64,000 nt of DNA from an uncultured Nitrospiraceae bacterium (GTDB lineage: Bacteria > Nitrospirota > Thermodesulfovibrionia > Thermodesulfovibrionales > UBA6898), in NCBI GenBank assembly GCA_963811165.1, contig CAWEQH010000010.1, positions 1,056,001-1,120,000 of the forward strand, given 5' to 3'. Below, piece by piece: positions 59,073-64,000 of the stretch. The notes under the pieces are model-generated. The model did not search any database. It was not told the origin of the DNA and saw only the letters and a list, made by a program, of their open reading frames with translations. The translations under genes were made by a program, and so were the position numbers. Numbering within the stretch: position 1 is the first letter of the stretch; every line of letters starts with the position of its first letter.

Positions 59073-59741
59073 ATGAGAAAACTTGTTGTTCTGTCTTTCA
59101 TAACCCTTGATGGCGTAATGCAGGCTCCCGGCGGGCCTGAAGAAGACCCCACTAGCGGGTTCACGCAGGGCGGGTGGGTTGCCGGGTACTTTGATGACTT
59201 CCTTGGCAAAGTGATGGTCAAGCAAATGAGCAAACCCTTTGACTTATTGCTTGGCAGGAAGACGTATGAGATATTCGCCGCGCACTGGCCGTACGTGAAG
59301 ACCAATGAGGATCCCATCGCAGCCGGAATTAATAATGCGAAAAAATATGTAGCTTCAAAAACCCTTACAAAGCTTGACTGGTCCAATTCCGAACTCATTA
59401 AGGGAGATGTCGCGAAGGAAGTTAAAATACTGAAAGAGCAAGACGGGCCTGAAATACAAGTTCATGGCAGCGGCAATCTCATTCAAACACTACTGAAACA
59501 TGATCTGGTTGATGAGCTTTGGCTGAAAATATTTCCCATCACTCTCGGCAGGGGCAAGCGCTTATTTGCGGAAGGCACAATCCCGGTTGGATTTAAATTG
59601 TTTGAAAGCGAGAGTTCACCAAGTGGGGTCATCATTGCCTCGTATGTACGCGCGGGAGAGGTCAAGACAGGATCGTTCGCCTTTGAGCCCCCCACTGAGG
59701 CCGAACTTGCCCGTCGCAAACGACTTAAAGAAGGGAAATAA
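59073..59741 (+). CDS. dihydrofolate reductase-like (RibD C-terminal) protein
   Basis: TLDGVMQAPGG, LLGRKTY, GSGNL, DLVDE, GRGKRLF. Confidence 0.92.
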   Translation: MRKLVVLSFITLDGVMQAPGGPEEDPTSGFTQGGWVAGYFDDFLGKVMVKQMSKPFDLLLGRKTYEIFAAHWPYVKTNEDPIAAGINNAKKYVASKTLTKLDWSNSELIKGDVAKEVKILKEQDGPEIQVHGSGNLIQTLLKHDLVDELWLKIFPITLGRGKRLFAEGTIPVGFKLFESESSPSGVIIASYVRAGEVKTGSFAFEPPTEAELARRKRLKEGK

Positions 59742-59793
59742 GATAGGGAAAAATTGGGTTCAGGCGGACTTTAAAAATTCCATCGGAGGTCCA

Positions 59794-60006
59794 ATGGCTC
59801 AGGAACTCATTATTTACGGCAAGGCCGGCTGACCTTACACCGAAAAGGCCAGGTCGGCCCACACCACTGCCAAGTATTTTGATGTGATGAAAGACCCTGT
59901 AAAACTTCAGGAGATGCTAAGGCATTCAAAGGGCGTCAGGAAGGTCCCTGTTGTCGTTGAAGGTGAAAAGGTTTCAATAGGATACGGGGGTTCCTGAGGG
60001 GTCTGA
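59794..60006 (+). CDS. glutaredoxin-like Uxx-star-type selenoprotein with two selenocysteines
   Basis: GGAGG RBS; MAQELIIYGKAG-U-PYTEKARSA...KVPVVVEGEKVSIGYGGS-U-GV*; in-frame TGA at 59830-59832 and 59995-59997, each followed by a hairpin. Confidence 0.85.
59833..59862 (+). promoter_or_regulatory. putative bacterial SECIS element 1
   Basis: GGCC-AGGTC-GGCC hairpin about 14 nt after the first UGA. Confidence 0.55.
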
Positions 60007-60027
60007 TCCCGATAGGTTATCGGGAAT
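59998..60027 (+). promoter_or_regulatory. putative bacterial SECIS element 2
   Basis: TCCCGATA-GGT-TATCGGGA hairpin about 9 nt after the second UGA. Confidence 0.6.
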
Positions 60028-60304
60028 CCATCTAGTCGTGGATGAAGACTCGGGTTGGTTTCTCACAGAAAGCCTCGAAAGTTTCCATTTCCCGAAACAG
60101 CGCAGTATTTCGCGTAACATTACCGACTCAGCTGCATAGGTGGTGTTCGGCTTAACAGTCGGAGAAGCACCTTTTCTGCTTATAAGGAAGGCTGCCCCCT
60201 TCTTTCAACCCTTGCGTTGCTTGACATCTCTTGTGACGCTGATAAACTGACGATAGAGAAGCTAAATGTGTCGGTGAGAAAGAAAAAGGCTGAGGGGGCA
60301 TGAG

Positions 60305-60526
60305 ATGGACTGGTTTTGGTTTCTGATTATCGGTGCTGTGGCGGGCTGGCCTGCGGGAAAGCTTACCCGCGGGCGCGGGTTCGGCCTTGTGTGGGACTTC
60401 GTGGTGGGAATCCTTGGGGCGCTCGTCGGCGGTTTTATTTTTCGACTTATCGGCGTCGTTTCTTTCGGCGAGAGGTTTTGCCTGAGCCGAGCGTGCCCGA
60501 TAGGCGTTTTCGCCCGCGATCTATAA
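60305..60526 (+). pseudogene. GlsB/YeaQ/YmgE-family membrane protein, C-terminally truncated
   Basis: FLIIGAVAGW.AG.L.RG.GFGLV.D.VVGILGALVGG; third TM replaced by unrelated sequence after ~60468. Confidence 0.65.
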
Positions 60527-60572
60527 TAGTCTTTATGCTACCTGCGAGCCGTAAGCCAAGAGGCAACGCATC

Positions 60573-62399
60573 ATGCACCTGAACGTCGCTCAATACATTG
60601 TCTTCGCCACGCTCGCCGCCGCCTTGGTCCTGTTCGTCACCGGATGGCTGCGCTATGACTTGGTCGCCTTGTGCGCTCTGCTGACGCTCGCGCTGACAGG
60701 AGTAGTCAAGCCCGAGGCGATATTCGCAGGCTTTGCGGATGGTGCCGTGATCAGCGTTGCCGCCGTGCTCGTGATGAGCCGCGGCTTGCGCAATTCAGGC
60801 GTGGTCGAAGTACTGGCGGAGCGATTGGCGCTGATCGGCGGCCGACTGGGCGAATCGCCGCGGATCGCGCTCCTAGGGACGGTCGTGAGCTTCCTTTCCG
60901 CCTTTATCAACGATGTGGGCACGCTCGCGCTGTTCATGCCGGTATCAATCAAGCTTTCGCGCAGGCAGAATGCTTCGGCGGGCCCAATCCTGATGCCGCT
61001 CGCGTACGCGACGCTGCTGGGCGGCATGACGACGCTGATCGGCTCCTCCGCCAACCTCGTGGTTTCAGCCTATCGCGCCCGCGTTGCGCATGGCGGTTTT
61101 GGGATGTTCTCATACACGCCGGTCGGCGTCGGCATTGCGATTGTCGGTCTGGTCTACGTTTCGGCGGTCGGATGGCGCCTGCTGCCGAAGCGGAGCCGCA
61201 ATAGCGAACATGGCGAACTATTCAAAATCGACGAATACATGACCGAAGTGCGGGTGCCCGACAAATCCAAAGCCGTTGGCCAGACGATCGGCGACCTCGA
61301 AGAAGCCTCCGACGGCGCCGTAAGCGTGCTTTCGCTGCTGCGCGACGGATGGCGACAGGTCGCGCCCTCGGGTTTCCAGATGGTCAGGCCCAACGATCTG
61401 CTCATCGTGCGGGGCGACCCCGAAAGCCTGCAAGACGCTATATCGAAAGTGGGCCTCGAGCTCGAAGCCCAGAAACAACAGGAAAAAAAAGAGCAGCAAG
61501 AAAATCCACAAAACGGCGAAAAAAAGGGGCCAGACGATGCGGCGCAAATGGTTGAAGCAGTCGTCGTCCCCGGTGCCCGAATCGTCGGCCGCAGCGCGTC
61601 TAGATTGCGCCTGCGCGACCGCTATGCGGTCAATATCCTTGCCGTCGCGCGTCGGGGCGGCGCAATCCGCGTGCGGCTACGCGATGTCCGCTTCGAGGCA
61701 GGCGACGTGCTGCTCGCACAGGGTCAGCCGGAAGCACTGCAGCAGGCCTTTTCAGATCTCGGGCTGCTGCCGCTAGCTGAGCGCGAGATTCGCCTGGGCC
61801 ATCCCCGCCGCGTCCTGCTGGCGATAGCCGTGTTCACCGCTTCGCTGGCGGCCGCCACGCTCAATCTGTTCAGCGTGGCGGTCTGCCTGACGAGTGGGGC
61901 CGTCGCAATGGTACTGCTTGGGCTGGTGTCGCCCGAGGAGATTTACACCAGTCTTGAGTGGCCGGTGCTGGTGCTTATCGCGGCGATGATCTCCGTGGCC
62001 GGTGCCCTGCAAACCAGCGGCGTCAGCGAACTGATCGCACTGCCCTTGCTGGCGCTCGCGCATCATCTGCCAGCAGTGGGAGCGGTCTCGATGATTTACG
62101 TGGTGACGATGCTGCTGGCAAACCTCATCCATCACGTAGCGGCCGCGGTCCTGATGGCGCCGGTCGCGCAAGGCATTGCCGCGGGTCTCGGCATGTCGCT
62201 CGACCCGTTCCTGATGGCGGTCGCATACGGTAGTGTCTCAGCCTTCGTGACTCCGATCGGGCATCCTTCTAACACGCTGGTGATGGGGCCCGGTGGCTAC
62301 AAGTTCAGTGACTACATGCGGATGGGCCTGCCTCTTTCCCTCCTCACCACGCTCACCGCTTCGCTTCTGATTTCGCTTTTTTGGCCATTATACCGCTGA
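60573..62399 (+). CDS. SLC13-family permease with two TrkA-C domains
   Basis: LRYDLVAL, SAFIND, LGGMTTLIGSSANL, TrkA-C region, AFVTPIGH..N.LV.GPGGYKF.DY. Confidence 0.92.
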   Translation: MHLNVAQYIVFATLAAALVLFVTGWLRYDLVALCALLTLALTGVVKPEAIFAGFADGAVISVAAVLVMSRGLRNSGVVEVLAERLALIGGRLGESPRIALLGTVVSFLSAFINDVGTLALFMPVSIKLSRRQNASAGPILMPLAYATLLGGMTTLIGSSANLVVSAYRARVAHGGFGMFSYTPVGVGIAIVGLVYVSAVGWRLLPKRSRNSEHGELFKIDEYMTEVRVPDKSKAVGQTIGDLEEASDGAVSVLSLLRDGWRQVAPSGFQMVRPNDLLIVRGDPESLQDAISKVGLELEAQKQQEKKEQQENPQNGEKKGPDDAAQMVEAVVVPGARIVGRSASRLRLRDRYAVNILAVARRGGAIRVRLRDVRFEAGDVLLAQGQPEALQQAFSDLGLLPLAEREIRLGHPRRVLLAIAVFTASLAAATLNLFSVAVCLTSGAVAMVLLGLVSPEEIYTSLEWPVLVLIAAMISVAGALQTSGVSELIALPLLALAHHLPAVGAVSMIYVVTMLLANLIHHVAAAVLMAPVAQGIAAGLGMSLDPFLMAVAYGSVSAFVTPIGHPSNTLVMGPGGYKFSDYMRMGLPLSLLTTLTASLLISLFWPLYR

Positions 62400-62519
62400 A
62401 CAACCGAGGGGCATCCTTGACGGTCCGTGCGCAGGGAAGTCAGGGACCTCGAAGTAGCCGGCCATCGTGGCGCAGATCCTCGCGCGTCTCGGCCGTGTCC
62501 CCGCGCCCGCTGCCCGGCA

Positions 62520-62706
62520 CCCGGTACCGAAGATTCCTCAAGCGAAGAAACTGCTCGGCCCACACCGTAAAAAACTATCTGAATATCCCGGTCATTTAAA
62601 TGCGTGGCTGCAGATCCCCTTAGAGCAGGCGACCTCCGGGGAAACTAATGCATATATGGAGCACTTGTCGATGGGTAGAAAAAAGCCGAAGACGAATGCT
62701 TGTTGA
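62520..62706 (+). pseudogene. tyrosine recombinase N-terminal (SAM-like) fragment
   Basis: RYRRFLKRRNCSAHTVKNYLNI, then in a shifted frame WLQIPLEQAT..E..AY.EHL...KKPKT. Confidence 0.6.
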
Positions 62707-62899
62707 AGAAAACGTGACCGCGCTGTCGCGTCCCCGCGAACTCAATAAGCTAAGCCTGTAATGGCCCGTCGCATACTTGCATGTTTGGGGGCAAACTCTC
62801 GAAGAGTTTCGACCCGGCATACCTATCAAGTATCAGTCAATCTGCAGGTGACTGAATTTCTGAATCTGAGGGTTGTCAGAAAATAGGGAACTCCGACTT

Positions 62900-63411
62900 C
62901 TATTTCTCCCTCCCGAACCCCTTTATCACCTTCATCTTCTCGGCCGGCGACACCATCAGTTGCCGAATGGCATCAAAGACGACCTTGAACTGAGAGTCAT
63001 ATTTCTTTTCCATGTCGTCGAGCTTCTTTGCAAGGTCTTTGTGCGCCGCCAGCATTTCGCGCAGCTTCACAAAGGCCCTCATTATCGCAATGTTCACCTG
63101 AACGGGCGTTTGCCGCGCAGCACACTCGAAAGCATTGCACCACCTTGTTCAGTAAAGGCATATGGATTGGCCCGGCGAATACCGCCCCAACTTGAAGTCA
63201 CAATTTGTGACTTCAAGTTCATAAGCTCCTGATTTGACAGCATAAACATAAAGTCTTCCGGAAATCGTTCCATGTTCCTTTTTACAGCCTGGATCAGGAC
63301 CTTGGGCTCAACATCGTAAAGTTCCGCGAGGTCCGTACTCAACATGACTTTATGTCGCCGGATCAGATAAATTTTCTTCTCGATTATTTCAACAGGAATG
63401 AACTCTTTCAT
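62900..63411 (-). CDS. ORF6N-domain DNA-binding protein; -1 frameshift near 63105
   Basis: IYLIR..KVML..DLAELY.V....L.QAVKRN..RFP.DFMF...[15 protein letters not shown], continuing as [13 protein letters not shown] in the next frame. Confidence 0.88.
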
Positions 63412-63566
63412 TAACCCTCCTTCCCCTGCGATCAAGTCCCCATGCGACATGTATCTCTTCCGAAATGATAATATTCCGGGCTTACCAAAGACAAGAACTA
63501 TTTGTTTTGATTTGAGGTATGCGATAAGGTGATGGTTAGCTCCGCTTACCGGTCGCGGCTAAGAGG

Positions 63567-64000
63567 TTACCCTTTCAGTATCTCAGGCTCGGTGTGGGGT
63601 ATGAACATCGCGCCCTGAAGCATATTCATCAGGTCCTGGTCCTCGTTCATCTCGCGATAGGTGATCCTGGAGGCGATGTCCTGGACCTCGGCCAAAAGGT
63701 CCCTGTTTAGTAATACCATTTCCGCTCCGCCTAAAGAAGAATTCCCCACAGGGATGAACCTCTCTCTCGGAATGTCCGGAAGCATGCCGATGGTGATCGC
63801 CTTTTCAGGGTCGATCCCGCATCCGAGGGCGCCGGCAATATATACCTTTTTTATGTCTTTAAACGTCAGCCCGACAGACCTCACAAAAACGTAAAGGAAA
63901 GAAAACATGGCGGCCTTCGAAAGAAGGAAATTTTTTATCTCGTTTTCGGTCAGATAAAGTCCGCCTCTTTCGGACCGGTGGAGAAGGTATGCCTTCACCC
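63567..64000 (-). CDS. ASKHA/DUF4445 corrinoid reductive activator (RACo/AcsV-like), C-terminal part
   Basis: LT..EI..F..SKAA, IAGALG..ID...A..IGMLP, GNSSL.GA, FIPHT; 5' part lies outside the window. Confidence 0.85.
   Translation of the reverse strand, partial: VKAYLLHRSERGGLYLTENEIKNFLLSKAAMFSFLYVFVRSVGLTFKDIKKVYIAGALGCGIDPEKAITIGMLPDIPRERFIPVGNSSLGGAEMVLLNRDLLAEVQDIASRITYREMNEDQDLMNMLQGAMFIPHTEPEILKG

Overview
64-kb bacterial chromosomal window from an anaerobe. Gene content and style suggest Nitrospirota/Thermodesulfovibrionia or a Desulfobacterota-like lineage (inference). The left end is a nested IS cluster: a partial IS4-family element, a remnant IS end, and an IS1202/ISNCY element with a 16-bp target duplication, sitting directly against the promoter of a cooS-cooF-FAD/NAD oxidoreductase (Ni-CODH) operon. 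This is followed by relics of pta-ackA, pyk, an octaheme OTR-type cytochrome / small periplasmic protein / DUF3373 outer-membrane operon, comEC, cdaA-cdaR-glmM, a split three-gene glutamate synthase, hemB, pgi, pnp-rpsO, ilvD, ppi, hemH-hemY and many accessory genes. Main observations beyond the ORF track: (1) five dispersed copies of a ~105-130 bp three-way-junction element with conserved junction motifs but sequence-divergent, covarying stems; (2) a small glutaredoxin-like protein with two in-frame UGA codons, each followed by a SECIS-like hairpin; (3) a zeta-toxin-like two-gene islet flanked by a diverged duplication of the hemH 5' end; (4) apparent repeated IS1202-type insertion at one site next to the CODH -35 box; (5) an in-frame internally deleted pta plus an ackA stub. 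Several single-base frameshifts may be long-read assembly errors.
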